Assembly (NCBI RefSeq): GCF_963921235.1
Contig: NC_086115.1
Coordinates: forward strand, 39,556,001 to 39,620,000
Direction of reading: 5' to 3'
Origin: Mobula hypostoma
Lineage: Eukaryota
DNA length: 64,000 nucleotides
This document shows positions 25,121 to 38,240 of this stretch, piece by piece. Both the position numbers and the translations under genes were made by a program. The notes below the pieces were generated by a model. The model was not told where the DNA came from, made no database searches, and worked only from the letters and a program-made list of their open reading frames with translations. Position 1 is the stretch's first letter. Each line of letters starts with the position of its first letter.

Positions 25121-25214
25121 TAATTCAAATTCACATTCAGATTTCTTTATCACATGTACATCAAAACATACAATAAAATGTCATTTGTGTTAATTATCAG
25201 CATTCCCAAGGATG

Positions 25215-25444
25215 CCAATCATGAGAAGGTCTGCCGATGAGGAAATCCAAATCAACACACACAAATGCTGGAGTAACTCAGCAGGTCAGGCAGCATCAAT
25301 GGAAAAGAGTAAACAGTTGAAGTTTCAGGACGAGACCCTTCATCAGGACTAATGAAGAATCTCAGCCCAAAACATCGACTGCTTACTCTTTCCCATAGAT
25401 GCTGCCTGGCCTGCTAACTTCGTCCAGCATTTCTGTGTGTTATA
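25215..25444. mobile_element. Inverted pair of Penelope-like pseudo-LTRs in one insertion
   Basis: Minus copy ~25258-25350 abuts plus copy ~25348-25440; flanked by CCCAAGGA(T/C)G at 25205-25214 and 25445-25454. Confidence 0.75.
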
Positions 25445-25726
25445 CCCAAGGACGTACTGGGGCAGTCATACATCCTGCTGTCAACATTGCATACTCACAG
25501 AGTTGAGCAGAACAACATAGAACGTAAAAAAATACAACACACCAAGCAACACAGCAAAGCAAGCCCCTTTCCTCCCTCTTCCCACCCACGCATAACCCCC
25601 GGAGAAGCCGTCTTTGGTCTCCAGCCTCCAGTGGACTTATGCATATGCAGACATTGGGACTTTGACTTTCCCTGTGGACTTGCAGAGACTCAAGTCATTA
25701 AGGCTCCGGCCATTGAGCCTAGACTT

Positions 25727-26175
25727 CTGAATTTGAATTTGAATTTGAATTTATTTAAATCTTACATCCATCCCACAATGTGAGGGAGTAAAAATCTTTG
25801 CGTTATGACCCCGTCACAGTCTACAGATATGTGAATTTATAAGTCTTATGGCTTGTAGAAAGAAGCTGCCCCATAGCCTGTTGGTCCTGGCTTTAATGTT
25901 GCGGTACCGTTTACCAGACGAAAGCAGCTGAAACAGTTTATGGCTGGGGTGACTGGTGTCCCCGATAGTCTTCTTTACGCACCTGCTGCTGTAAATGCCC
26001 TCAGTGGAGGGAAGTTCACATCCACCGATGTGCTGGTCTGTCTGTACCACTCTCTGCAGTGCCCAGCGATCAAGGTTGGCGCAGTTCCCATACTAGGCAG
26101 TGATACAGCCAGTCAGGATGCTCCCGATGGTGCCCCATAGAAGTTCTTGAAGATTCAGGGGTTCATGCTGAACTT
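25727..26175 (-). mobile_element. L2 3' end with (TTCAAA)n tail
   Basis: ORF 25814-26050 (-) HPSHKLFQLLSSGKRYRNIKARTNRL; (GAATTT)n at ~25729-25752. Confidence 0.85.
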
Positions 26176-26419
26176 CTTCAGTGGCCTCTGGGATTGTAGT
26201 GACGAGGAGGATCAGTGAACCACAGCTAACTCAAGCAAAATCAACACAAGATCACTGTAGAACAATGTAACTAGTTGGAAAGTATCTAACTGGGCCTTCA
26301 AAATCCTTGAGCAAGAAACCCTGTAGTTATCATCACCTCCAGCCATATCCTATCCAAGTGAGGCACATAATTCGTGCTTGGCAGATGTATTCTCTTACCT
26401 AAGTGGGGAAATCTTTGGT

Positions 26420-26910
26420 ATCACAGAGACACAAGATTTGGCAAGTGCTAGAATCTGGAGCAAAAAGCAAACTACTGAAGAAACTCAATGGGTTGAACAC
26501 CTGTGGGGGGAAATGTCTTTGACATCCACGTTCTTCATACAGCTAGAAAACCTGATAACTGCTTGTCACTGTGGGAGAGAATGATTTCAGCCCCCAACCA
26601 TGCCTTTGCCAACCTCACAGGCCATCTTGGGGCATTTTCCCATGCAACCACACAGGAAATGAAGTAGTTGTCCTTTTACCTCATCCATTCCTAACATCCG
26701 GGGAGACAAACTGCCTTTTTAAGTGAATCAGCAAATTGATTTAAATTTCTTCCAGTCTTGATTACTGCATCTGGTGTTCACAAATCGAGAAACCAGTCAC
26801 AAATTGGGTGATCTCCTTTGGAGCACCTGCTGTCTGTTTGTAGAATGACCCTGTGATTCCAATTTCCTGCTTCTGTAAATCTCCAAACCTCTTTCACCAC
26901 CCTCTCTCTC
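26420..26910. mobile_element. Degraded Penelope-like element (inverted pseudo-LTR piece plus GIY-YIG remnant)
   Basis: Remnants of the Cys-rich linker and GIY-YIG region (ttactgcatctggtgttcacaa...gagaaacc...aaattgggtga), similar to 57711-57986. Confidence 0.55.
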
Positions 26911-26924
26911 TTCCCATCTGGAAA

Positions 26925-28250
26925 ATGGCACCTCATTAGCCAGGCTGCTATTTATAGGCTTTGGTTCAGCGGTTAACACCATCATACCCCAGAAAATAGT
27001 GGGGAAACTGTTCTCACTGGGTGTCAACACCGCCATCTGTAACTGGATTTTGAGCTTCTTAACGGAAAGGCCACAGTCAGTCCTTGGGGGCAGCAACACC
27101 TTTAGTCTCATCATGCTGAGCACTGGTGTTCTCTGAGGCTGTGCGCTCAGCCTGCGACTGTTCACACTACTGACGCACGATTGCGTCGCAGGATTCAGCT
27201 CAAACTGTGTCATCAAGTTTGCGGATGACAGAACAGTGGTTGGAGTCATCACAACGAAGATGAGTTGGAGTACAGGGAGAAAGTGGAACGGCTGGTAGAC
27301 TGATCTGAGAACAGCCTATGTCTGAATGTCTAGAAGACCGAGGAAATCATTGTAGACTTCAGGAAGGTGCAGGTGAACCTTTCCCCTCTGTGTGTACATG
27401 TCTCCTCCGGAGAGAGAGTTAAGTGCACCAGATTCCTGGGAGTTCACGTCACACCTCACCTGGTCCCTCAACATTGCCTCGCTGAGTAAGAAGGCACAGC
27501 AGCGCCTCCACTTCCCAAGGAGATTGACGCAAGTGTGACAACCCCCACCATCTTAACTGAATTTTACAAGAGCACCATTGAGAACGTTATGAGAAGCTGC
27601 TTCTCCAGCTGATAAGGGTGCAGCCGAGCATTGGACCAGAAGTCCTGACAAGGGACTGTGAGACTGACAGAGAGGATCATTGGGGTTTCCCGACCATTCA
27701 TCAGGGACATTTATCGGGAGTGTTGCATACACAGGCCCTTAGTATTATCAAGGATCCCATCCATCCAGCCTGCATCCTCTTTGTCTTTCTTCTATCAGGC
27801 AGGAGACTCCAATGCATAAAAACAAGCGCGTTCAGTGTGGGAAACAGTTTCTTCCCTCAGGCCATTAGGCTTCTGAACTCGCAGATCAGATTGAAAAGTT
27901 CAGGGTGTCGGAGCCAGAGGTGAGGTTTCTAGTCTCTGCTCCGTGAGTTCTCCTCAACTCTGCATTGAAATTCAGCTTACTGCTCCACAAGGTTTATTCA
28001 TCTCAGCACTGAACTGTGGCTGTGGCCTGCAACTATCACAGTGTGGACTCAATTTCATGAACTTCAGTTCTGAATGCTATTTGCTTACTTTCATTGTGTG
28101 CACATTTTGTTTTGTCTCTGTACATTGGATGTATGATGGTCTTTTGTTTTAATGCATTCTATTGGGTTTCTTTGTTTAGTAGCTGCCTGTAAGACGACGA
28201 ATCTCAAAGTTGTGTAAAGTACACATATTTTGGTAATAACTGCACTTTGA
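26925..28250 (+). mobile_element. L2 RT region and 3' UTR
   Basis: aagtttgcggatgacagaacagtggttgg (KFADD) and HPACILFVFLLSGRRL (ORF 27618-27923). Confidence 0.85.
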
Positions 28251-29380
28251 CGTTGAGTTGACCCTGCCGCATTGCATTCGAGGTGTCACCAGTTAATCCG
28301 TTCTATACCTGACAATATTTAATTTAAGCACTTTACTTTATTTGTGCATAATTCATCTGTAGATTACTTTCCTAGATATTGTGTGTTATATGTGTGTTAT
28401 GTACTATATACTACTGAGCTTTACACCCTGGATCAGGGAAATATTGCCTCATTTGACAGTATTATTCAATGACAATAAACTTGACTTGACTGTAGCTTTC
28501 TGAACTGTTATATAATGAGGCCTCATGCAAGCATTTTCCATTAGGATATCATTTGATACTAATCATTGGACTCTAATTTTATGCTTATTCCATTTTATTC
28601 TCCCCATATTCCCATCAGCTGCCCCCAGCTTCTGCCTCGCAGTAAAGGCAGTTTATAATGGCTCGTTAATCTACCAATGTTCACATCTCTAGGTCGTAGA
28701 TTGAAATGTAGCACCCAGAATAAAACAACACTAAAGTTCAAAAGTTCCAAGTATATATATTATCAAACAATGTATACTACCTACAACCTTGAAATTTATC
28801 TTGCGATTCAGACTATAGGAGAACATGCCAACTCCATACAAATAAAACCTGAGGTCAGAATTACTGGAGCTATGAAATAGCAGGTCATGGAAATCACCTG
28901 CAGGCCAAAAAATATCTTCAGAAATGTTGCCCTTCTGTGATTTTTCGGTGAGTTCTACTTGTCTCTTAATGAAGCAGTGAACTTCCATGGATTCATGGGG
29001 AGTTGGATACTTTCCAGAAAAAATGTTAACTGTACTTTTTTCCTCATTTCTCTAGATATAAGCAGAGTGAATAAACTTGACAAACATTCAAAACATTCCT
29101 TCAGTAATGTAATATTTTAAGTACTGCAGAACATAGAAATGTAGAGAAAAATAATTAATAAAACGTAAGGAGATGTAAGCCTTTCGATCAGTGACAAACA
29201 CAGAAGTAAATTTGAAAAATGAACCTAGCTGGTAAAAAATAAGACAGTTCTAATTTTGGAAATGCTGAGAGAGGGGTAATTTAGTGAGTAAACAATACTG
29301 GCAGCAAGCTTCACAGGCACCCAATCTTTTGTCCATTATTTTAGAAATTGTACAGGGTTGTGTTCATTATGCTTGATAAT

Positions 29381-29520
29381 TTGAGTCCCGAAGAAGGGTC
29401 TTGGCCCAAAATGCGGACTGCTTATTCATTTCCAAAGATGCTGCCTGAATTGCTGAGTTCCTCCAGCATTTGTGTGTGTTGCTCTGGATTGCCAGCATTT
29501 GCAGAATTTCTCTTGTTTGT
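29381..29520 (+). mobile_element. Penelope-like pseudo-LTR with mutated hammerhead motif
   Basis: GAGTC CCGAAGA AGGGTCTTGGCCC AAAA TG CG GACTG followed by the usual repeat body. Confidence 0.75.
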
Positions 29521-30240
29521 GGTAATTTTAGTGCTTTTCTGTTTATAGTCTTGATAGAGTGAAAGGATAGCAAGGTATTTGTCCCCTTCCTCAGTTTCCC
29601 AGCAGATGTTAGGAATACAGTATGATACCTGGTGAGCTGCAGCTGATGTGAGTGCAAGTCATTGTTAGTTTTGTGTCAGTGGATCAGTGTCTATGTCTGT
29701 GATGTGGCTGAGCTGACCCATCAACTTCACCATTTAACCCATTGAAATTAACATCCCCCAAAGGGTTTACCCTATAACAGACTCAGACATTGGAGTTTAA
29801 TTCTAAAAAGTTTGAGGACAAATGTTTGTAGAGTTTTGTTATCAATTACCATATGAAGATATTCTGCCGTGTGAGGTTAGTATCTTCATTGCATTCCTCA
29901 TTTTATCGCTGAAATTAAAAAAAAATCCTTCTGACTGCACATTATGAAGCTGTGTTTAAGGATGACATTTTCAAAGTATTTGAGGTAGGCAGTGACTTAT
30001 GATGGTTTCATATCCATATGCAAGGCCACCCATCACTTACACAGAACAAACAAAATCAGCTTTTGTTCCTTTGTCCAGTGCAAAACTAAAACTCTAAAGT
30101 AGTAAATGATTAATATCAACAGGATAGAAATGTTACTTATTCAGGAATTGTAGGTAATTACCTTCAAACCTTTTACGAAATCTAGCACCATTGAAATGGT
30201 GTTAGACAATGTCTGTTACGGGGAAATTATTACAAAATAT

Positions 30241-30915
30241 TCAAGTCAAGTCAAGTCACTTTTTATTGTCATTTCAACCATAACTGCTGGTACAGAACAT
30301 AGTAAAAATGAGACAACGTTTTCCAGGACCATGGTGCTACATGAAACAATACAAAAACTACACTGAACTACATAAGAAAAAACACAAAAACTACACTAGA
30401 CTACAGACCTATCCAGGACTGCATAAAGTGCACAAAACAGTGCAGACACTACAATAAATAATAATAAATAATAAACAAGACAGTATAGTAGGTTGGTGTC
30501 AAGCCAGGCTCTGGGTATTGAGGAGTCTGATGGCTTGGGGGAAGAAACTGTTACATAGTCTGGTTGTGAGAGCTCGAATGCTTTGGTGTCTTTTTCCAGA
30601 TGGCAGGAGGGAGAAGAGTTTATATGAGGGGTGCATGGGATCCTTCATAACGCTGTTTGCTTTGTGGATGCAGCGTGTGGTGTAAATGTCTGTGATGGCG
30701 AGAAGAGAGACCCCGATGATCTTCTCAGCTGACCTCACTATCGGTTGCAGGGTCTTGTGATCCGAGATGGTGCAATTTCTGAACCAGGCAGTGATGCAGC
30801 TGCTCAGGATGCTCTCAATACAATCTCTGTAGAATGTGGTGAGGATGGGGGGTGGGAGATGGACTTTTCTCAGCCTTCGCAGAAAGTAGAGATGCTGAAA
30901 TTTCTTGACAATGAA
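30241..30915 (-). mobile_element. L2 3' end
   Basis: ORF 30499-30954 (-) LYFLRRLRKVHLPPPILTTFYRDCIESILSSCITAWF; (CAAGT)n tail at ~30242-30258. Confidence 0.9.
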
Positions 30916-31969
30916 ATGGGAGGTTAAAGAACCATTTCCCATGGATTGTAGCACTGTAAGCCTACAAGATAGCAGATTGGTGACTTCAATAAATGATTAC
31001 AGCAAAGTGTAGAAAAATGTTAATGTGTTTATTGGCAAAGTGTCAACTGATGCTTTCTCCTCTCTTATTAAAGTTATTGATCATGAATGACAATTTGACA
31101 AACAGGATGCACATCAAAACTGTGATCAAATTTTCAGCTTTTTTTTTGCTAAGCAGAGAAAATGATGATGTTTCAAGCTACAAATATGATTATCTCTAGC
31201 TCTGAGTCAAGAGATTATGACTTTGAGATGATGGTATGACTAACTGTTGGAGCAAAGTGACAGGAAGAGAGACCTTGCTGCATTTATTAAAATTGATTGA
31301 AGGATAATGGGCTGAATTTTAATGTTTAGAAGTTTGGGAGACTTTGGGAAGGGTTAGTACCCATGAAAGTGACAATATCAGAAAGCTGATCCCAAATTGC
31401 TGACTTCCACAGTTAACTGTAGCAAATTAGATTGCTTTCATGTAACCCCTTGGGGGAGGGCGGATGTCAATTTTAATAGGTTAATTGGTCAATTACAAAG
31501 AAAATTATCATGGTTTTACAATTTAGGGGGTGGGTTCTTGGTCTGTTCAAGTTTTCCTGAAATTCACCTGTGAAGCAACGCGTGAAAACTGCAGCCATTA
31601 AGAAGGCATGCATCCGTGCATCCTTTGAAAGGATTTGTTTGTATGTTCTGAGGTTATTTGATAATTTCGCAATTCTAGGGAATTGTATTAATAATCTTTG
31701 CAGTAGAGCTCTGATATATCTAATCAAATCAAGCATTCTGGCATTATTTTGCATAGAACTCTGATGTGGCATGACTTGGACATCAGATGAAAACCAAGAC
31801 GATCAACAATGCTAGCAGCAGCAGAACCACCAAGCAAGTGCATGAGGAGCAGGAATTACTCCAAGTCTCACAGATCCACAGCAGAGAAGGGAGCAACAGT
31901 GAAATGTTGCTCTTTTGAAGCCTACAGGCAGAGGAAACGTTTCTCTAAGTCAGGCAATATGTGTAGAGC

Positions 31970-33335
31970 ATAGGACAACCTTACATTCATCAGGTCTAAA
32001 AGTCTGATCGACTTTGTAAGGCATGACTTGCCTTGCACAAAGCCATGCTGATTGTACCTAAGCAGGCAATGCCTCCCTAAATGTGCATAAATGCCTTCAG
32101 TATCCTCCCCAGTAGCTTTCCTACCACTGACAAGAGGCTCAGGTGATCTTAATGACCTGGATTATCCCTATTTCCTTTCCTGAACAAAGGCACAATATTT
32201 GCTGCATTCCAGCCCCCCTGACTATTACAGTAACAGGCTATTCTGGCCCAAAGAGCTTGTGCTGGCAAATTACACTCATGTGACCAATTAATCTACTAAC
32301 CTGTTACATCTTTGGATTGTGGGAGGAGACTGAAGCACCAGAGGAAACCTACGCAGCCATGGGGAGTACGGCATGAATTGAACCTGTGTCACTGGTGCTG
32401 CAGTAGTATTATGCTAACTACTATGCCATCACGCTGCCCCCAGGTGGCATTCCTAAAGCATTTTTATACCTGCATTAAAAACATAAGGGTAGCTAATGAA
32501 AGATTAGGGCCACTGATAGACAAAGGAGGGAGTTAATGTCTGGAGCCTAAGGAAGTGGGTGAGGTACTAAGTGAATACTTTCCATTAGTATTCACAAGGA
32601 GCAGTTCATGGAGGAGAGTGAGATCAGGGAGAGGTTTGCTAATATTCTAGGTCGTATTGAAATCGAAAAGGCAGGGACGTTAGATTCTTGAAGAGCAATA
32701 TGGCTTGACGGGATCTATCCCAGACTATTGAAAGAGACTGAGAGGAGATTACGTTGACAGAGGCTTTTGTATCCTCTTTAGTTATAGACTAAAATCCCAG
32801 AGGACTGGATAATAGCCAATGTTGTTCCCCGTTTTAAGAGCAATGGAGACAAACCAGGAAATTATAGGTTATCGAGTCTTACGTCAATGGTAGGGAAATT
32901 ATTAGAGAAGATTCTTAGGGATAAAAATTGCTCGAAACTGGGAATGTGTAGACTTATTTGGGATAATCAATATGGAAGAGGCCATGGCTTGCAAGTCTGA
33001 TTGAATTTTTTGAGCAGGTAAGAGTAGCTGATTGATAAGAGTAGGGCAGTAGACGTTGTATACATGGACAAGGTTCTTCATGGTAGGCTGATCCAGAAGA
33101 TTGAGGCAAATGCGACTTTGTGACTGGTTTCAATTTGGCCTGGCCTTAGAAGACAGAAGGTAAGACTGGAAAGGTGTTATTCTGGCTGGAGATCAGTGCT
33201 GAGAACTTTGTTGTTTGTGATAAACATCGGTGAGCTGATTCATAAGTTTACAAATGACACAAAAGTAGACAAAAGTTGTGGATTGTAAGGAGGTTTGTCA
33301 AAGGGGTCAGCAGGATATAGACCAGTTGATAGGAC
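31970..33335. mobile_element. Cluster: CR1 remnant (31970-32220, -), V-SINE (32225-32440, -), degraded CR1 RT (32480-33335, +)
   Basis: gccaatgttgttccccgttttaag...ggaaattatagg (CR1 RT upstream motif); SINE core gggaggagactgaagcaccagaggaaacctacgca. Confidence 0.7.
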
Positions 33336-33339
33336 TTCT

Positions 33340-33700
33340 CAGAATCAGAATCAGGTTTAATATCACCGGCTTATGTCATGAAATTTGTTGTTACACAGCA
33401 GTAGCACAATGCAATGTGTAATAATAAAAACTGTGAATACAATAAGAAGTGTGTGTGTATCTATATATACATATATAGATATATGTGTATATATACATAT
33501 GTGTGTGTATATATGTATATACATTAATATGTGTGTGTAGAGTGTGTGTGGATATATATATATAATTAATAAATAGTGCAAAAATATACTTGCATTAAAT
33601 GCTGAGCTGTAGTCAATAAACAGCAGCCTGACATAAGTATTGTCCAGGTGGTCCAAGGTCGCATGACTGCATGAAGAGCCAATATAGATGCCTCCATTAA
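33340..33700 (-). mobile_element. L2 3' UTR fragment containing a (TA)/(TG) microsatellite at ~33446-33570
   Basis: Tail cagaatcagaatcagg; NTYVRLLFIDYSSAFN remnant. Confidence 0.7.
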
Positions 33701-33774
33701 TAAATGGATGGTGTGCAACCATGTAAAGCTCTGAACGCTCAATCAGCTGGCACAGTGTTTTCATCTTCAGCAGC

Positions 33775-35926
33775 AACAATAGACAATAGGTGCAGGAGTA
33801 GTCCATTCGGCCCTTCGAGCCAGCACAGCCATTCACTGTGATCATGGCTGATCATCCACAATCAGTATCCAGTTCCTGCCTTATCCCCATAACCTTTGAT
33901 TCCGCTATCTTTAAGAGCTCTATCCATCTCTTTCTTGAAAGCATCCAGCGACTTGACCTCCACAGCCTTCTGGGGCAGAGCATTCCATATATCCACCACT
34001 CTCTGGGTGAAAAAGTTTTCCCTCAACTCCATTCTAAATGGCCTACCCCTTATTCTTAAACTGTGGCCTCTGGTTCTGGACTCACCCATCAGCGGGAACA
34101 TGCTTCCTACCTCCAGCGTGTCCAATCCCTTAATAATCTTATATGTTTCAATAAGATCCCCTCTTAACCTTCTAAATTCCAGTGTATACAAGGCCAGTCG
34201 CTCCAACCTTTCGACATATGACAGTCCTGCCATCCCGGGAATTAACCTTGTGAACCTACACTGCACTCCCTCAATAGCAAGGATGTCCTTCCTCAAATTT
34301 GGAGACCAAAACTGCACACAGTACTCCAGGTGTGGTTTCACCAGGGCCCTGTACAGCTGCAGAAGGACCTCTTTGCTCTTATACTCAATTCCCCTTGTTA
34401 TGAAGGCCAGCATGTCATTAGTTTTCTTCACAGCCTGCTGTACTTGCATGCTTGCTTTCAGTGACTGATGTACAAGAACACCTAGATCTCGTTGTACTTC
34501 CCCTTTTCCTAACTTGACTCCATTTAGATAATAATCTGCCTTCCTGTTCTTACCACCAAAGTGGATAACCTCACATTTATCCACATTAACCTGCATCTGC
34601 CCACTCACCCAGCCTGTCCAAGTCACCCTGCATTCTCATAACATCCTCCTCACATTTCACACTGCCACCCAGCTTTGTGTCATCGGCAAATTTGCTCATG
34701 TTACTTTTAATTCCCTCATCTAAATCATTAATATGTATTGTAAACAGCTGCGGTCCCCGCACTGAACACTGCGGTCCCAGCATTGAACCCTGCGGTACCC
34801 CATTGGTCACCGCCTGCCATTCCAAAAGGGACCCATTAATAGCTACTGTTTGTTTTCTGTCAGCCAGCCAATTTTCAATCCATGTCAGTACTCTGCCCCC
34901 AATACCATGTGCCCTAATTTGCCCACTAATCTCTTATGTGGGACTTTATCAAAGGCTTTCTGAAAGTCCAGGTACACTACATCCACTGGCTCTCCCTTGT
35001 CCATTTTCATAGTTACATCCTCAAAAAATTCCAGAAGATTAGTCAAGCACAATTTCCCCTTCGTAAATCCATGCTGACTCGGACCGATCCTGTTACTGCT
35101 ATCCAGATGTGTCGTAATTTCATCTTTTATAATTGACTCCAGCATCTTTCCCACCACCGACATCAGGCTAACCGGTCTATAATTCCCTGTTTTCTCTCTT
35201 CCTCCCTTCTTGAAGAGAGGGACAACGTTAGCCACTCTCCAATCCACAGGAACTGATCCTGAATCTATAGAACATTGGAAAATGATTACCAATGCGTCCA
35301 TGATTTCTAAAGCCATCTCCTTAAGTACCCTGGGATGCAGACCATCAGGTCCCAGGGACTTATCAGCCTTCAGACCCAACAGTCTATCCAACACCATTTC
35401 CTGCCTAATATAAATTTCCTTCAGTTCATCCATTACCCTAGGTCCTTTGGCCACTATTATATCTGGGAGATTGTTTGTGTCTTCCCTCGTGAAGACAGAT
35501 CCAAAGTACCTGTTCATCTCATCTGTCATTTCCTTGTTCCCCATAATAATTCACCCGTTTCTGTCTTCAAGGGCTCAATTTTGGTCTTAACTATTTTTTT
35601 CCTTTTCACATACCTAAAGAAGCTTTTACTATCCTCCTTTATACTCTTGGCTAGTTTACCTTCGTACCTCATTTTTTCTTCACGTATTGCCTTTTTAGTT
35701 ATCTTCTGTTGCTCTTTAAAAGTTTCCCAATGCTCCGGCTTCCCACTCGTCTTTGCTATGTTATACTTCTCTTTTATTTTTATACTATCCATTACTTCCC
35801 TTGTCAGCCACAACCTCCCCTTACTCCCCTTAGGATCTTTCTTCCTCTTTGGAACAAACTGATCCTGCACCTTCAGCGTTATTCCCAGAAACACTTGCCG
35901 TTGCCGTTCCACTGTCACCCCTGCTA
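33775..35926 (-). mobile_element. Relatively young 5'-truncated CR1 ORF2, frameshifted
   Basis: ORFs 35544-34885, 34825-34586 and 34626-33862 encode consecutive RT parts (YLDFQKAFDKVPH, GVPQGS, KFADDTKLGG, LEYCVQFWSP); tail acaatagacaatag. Confidence 0.95.
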
Positions 35927-37422
35927 CCCACCTACCCACCACTGCACACTCTCCATTGTCTAGTAAGCAGCAGCCTCCAGAAAGTAAAGGGCCATCTTTT
36001 GCCAAACAACAATGTACAGGGATTAGACTTGCAGGAACAAGAGGTAAGAAGCACAGAGCCTCTTCAAGCGATTCTGAGGATGAGGAAGAGAAAAGTGATA
36101 TGATCAATACACCAGCAGCGGTGCATAATGTTGGGCAGGATACCTGGACTGGACTCATTAACCCAAAGGCTAAATATCACAGCTATTGCTAATGTGACAT
36201 GAAAATAGATAAGTGCTGGGAATGCTCAGCAGGATTACTGTAGTTGCATCTTTGGAAAGATGTGACTTACTGTGTCAATGACTTGAAAAGTGAGTGAAAA
36301 TCAGTAATGAAACAGGTTTTAAGTTGTAGAGGAAGTAGTAAGGAGTTAGAAGAGCAAAAGCAAAAGATTGTGTTGGGGAAGACCTGGAAATAATGCATGA
36401 AGAAGGATGGTGAAGGTCCTGTATATCTGGAAGTGGTGTACATAGGATAGGATGACTGACATCTTAGCGACCAGCAAAGGAGAATAAGAGAAACCTGAAT
36501 CATTTGAGATACAAGTTAGAATGACCTGAAATCATTGAGTTCAGTGTTCAGCCCTGAAAGCTGTAATGTGTCAAGTCCGAAGGTGGAATGTCCCTTGAGA
36601 TTGTGAGGCAGAGTCTTAGGATTAAATTCAAGATGGCGGACAAACAGATGAGAATAAGAGCATGTGTGTAGACAGAAACGATTGTGCATGTTTCTGCAAG
36701 CTAGAGTGAGCAGTGAGATCCTAGACTGGGACTTAGGGGGATAGGTTGAGTGGGTTGGGACAAGAGGACAGTTCAAGCATAAAATTAAAACTCATTCTGT
36801 GTTTGAACCAACCACATCCATTTAACTCTGATCTCAATTGAAATATTTTGATTTACTTTGCTACCCAAACTGCTGAAATCATTCTAGAGTGGGATTGAGA
36901 AACAAGGCTCTAAACAAAGAACTGTATCTTGTATACTAATGTGTGAAGAATCTGCCTGGTACACTCTAAGCTGGAACTGTCAGTTTAGATAGGTTCCATT
37001 CATCTGAGATCAGGTTTCCAGGCTTTCCTTGGGGTGTTACACACATCAGAATGTGGTGAATGTGACAGTGCCCTTGCCTTGCTGTGTCTAATCCATTAAA
37101 ACTCACTCAGTATTGAATCAACAAAGTGGCCTACTGAGCTCCTGTTGCTGACTTTATGAGAAATTTCCAGCCACATCTTAGTTATTTTACTGTCAGCGGG
37201 TAAACCTCCTCCATGAGGGCCTTTGCAGCCCACAATGTCATAACTAGAAAGGCACCACTAAAGTTTGATAGCTTCGTCACAGTGTATTCACCCGGCCAAC
37301 TTGTTCTGGTGCTCATGAAACTGCATACGTGGAGATTCTCTGCCTATGCTAATTTATCAGGAAACAAAGAGATAATATGGTAATTTTTGGGCTGGTTTGA
37401 AAGCCATTGGTGGATATACTTC

Positions 37423-38240
37423 AGAATCAGGATCAGGTTTCATAGCATTGACATGTCATGTAATTTGTTGTTTTGTAGCAGCAGTACAGTACTATATGTA
37501 AAATACTATAAATTACAGTAATAAATATATATGAAAATTACATTAAATAAGTAGTGCAAAAAGAGAGCAAAAATAGTAAGGTGGTGTTCATGGGTCAGTT
37601 CATTGTCTGATGGTGGAGGCGAAGAAGCGGTTCTTCAGGCTGTGTGTCTTCAGGCTCCTGCCTCCTCTCGGATGGTGGTAATAAGACAAGAGCACGTCCT
37701 GAGTGATGGGGTCATTAATGATGGATGCTAACTTTTTGAAGCATTGCCGTTTGAAGATGTCCTCAATGCTGGGAAGGCTAGTGCTCTCGTTGGAGCTGGC
37801 TGAGTTTGCAACCCTCTGCAACTTGTTCCAGTCCTGTGCAGGACATGCCAGATAGAGATGCAACCAGTCAGGATGCTCTCCACGGTACATCTGCAGAAAT
37901 TTGTTAGTCTTTGTGACATACCAAACCTCCTTAAACTCCTAATGGAATATAGCCGCAGGTGTGCCTTCTTTGTAATTGGTTTGATATATTGGGCCCAGGA
38001 TAGATCTTCAGATCTTCATGTTGACACCCAGGAACTTGAAACTGCTCACCCTTTCCATGGCTGACCACTCGATGAGGAGTAGTGTGCGTTTCCTCGACTT
38101 CCTATTCCTGAAGTTCCTGAAGAATCAATTACATGGTCTTACTGATGTTGAGTGCAAGGTTGTCGTTGCAGCACCACTTAGCCAGCTGATCTATTTCACT
38201 CCGGCATGCCTCCTGATCACTATCTCAACAACAGTTGCAT
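37423..38240 (-). mobile_element. L2 3' portion
   Basis: LTNFCRCTVESILTGCISIW (ORF 37728-37919). Confidence 0.8.

Noticed and set aside
25729-25752. Short tandem arrays such as (GAATTT)n, (CAAGT)n, (ATTT)n and (ATAGAAAC)n
   Set aside because: These are ordinary 3' tails of L2, CR1 and SINE copies; no spacer structure, so not CRISPR-like.
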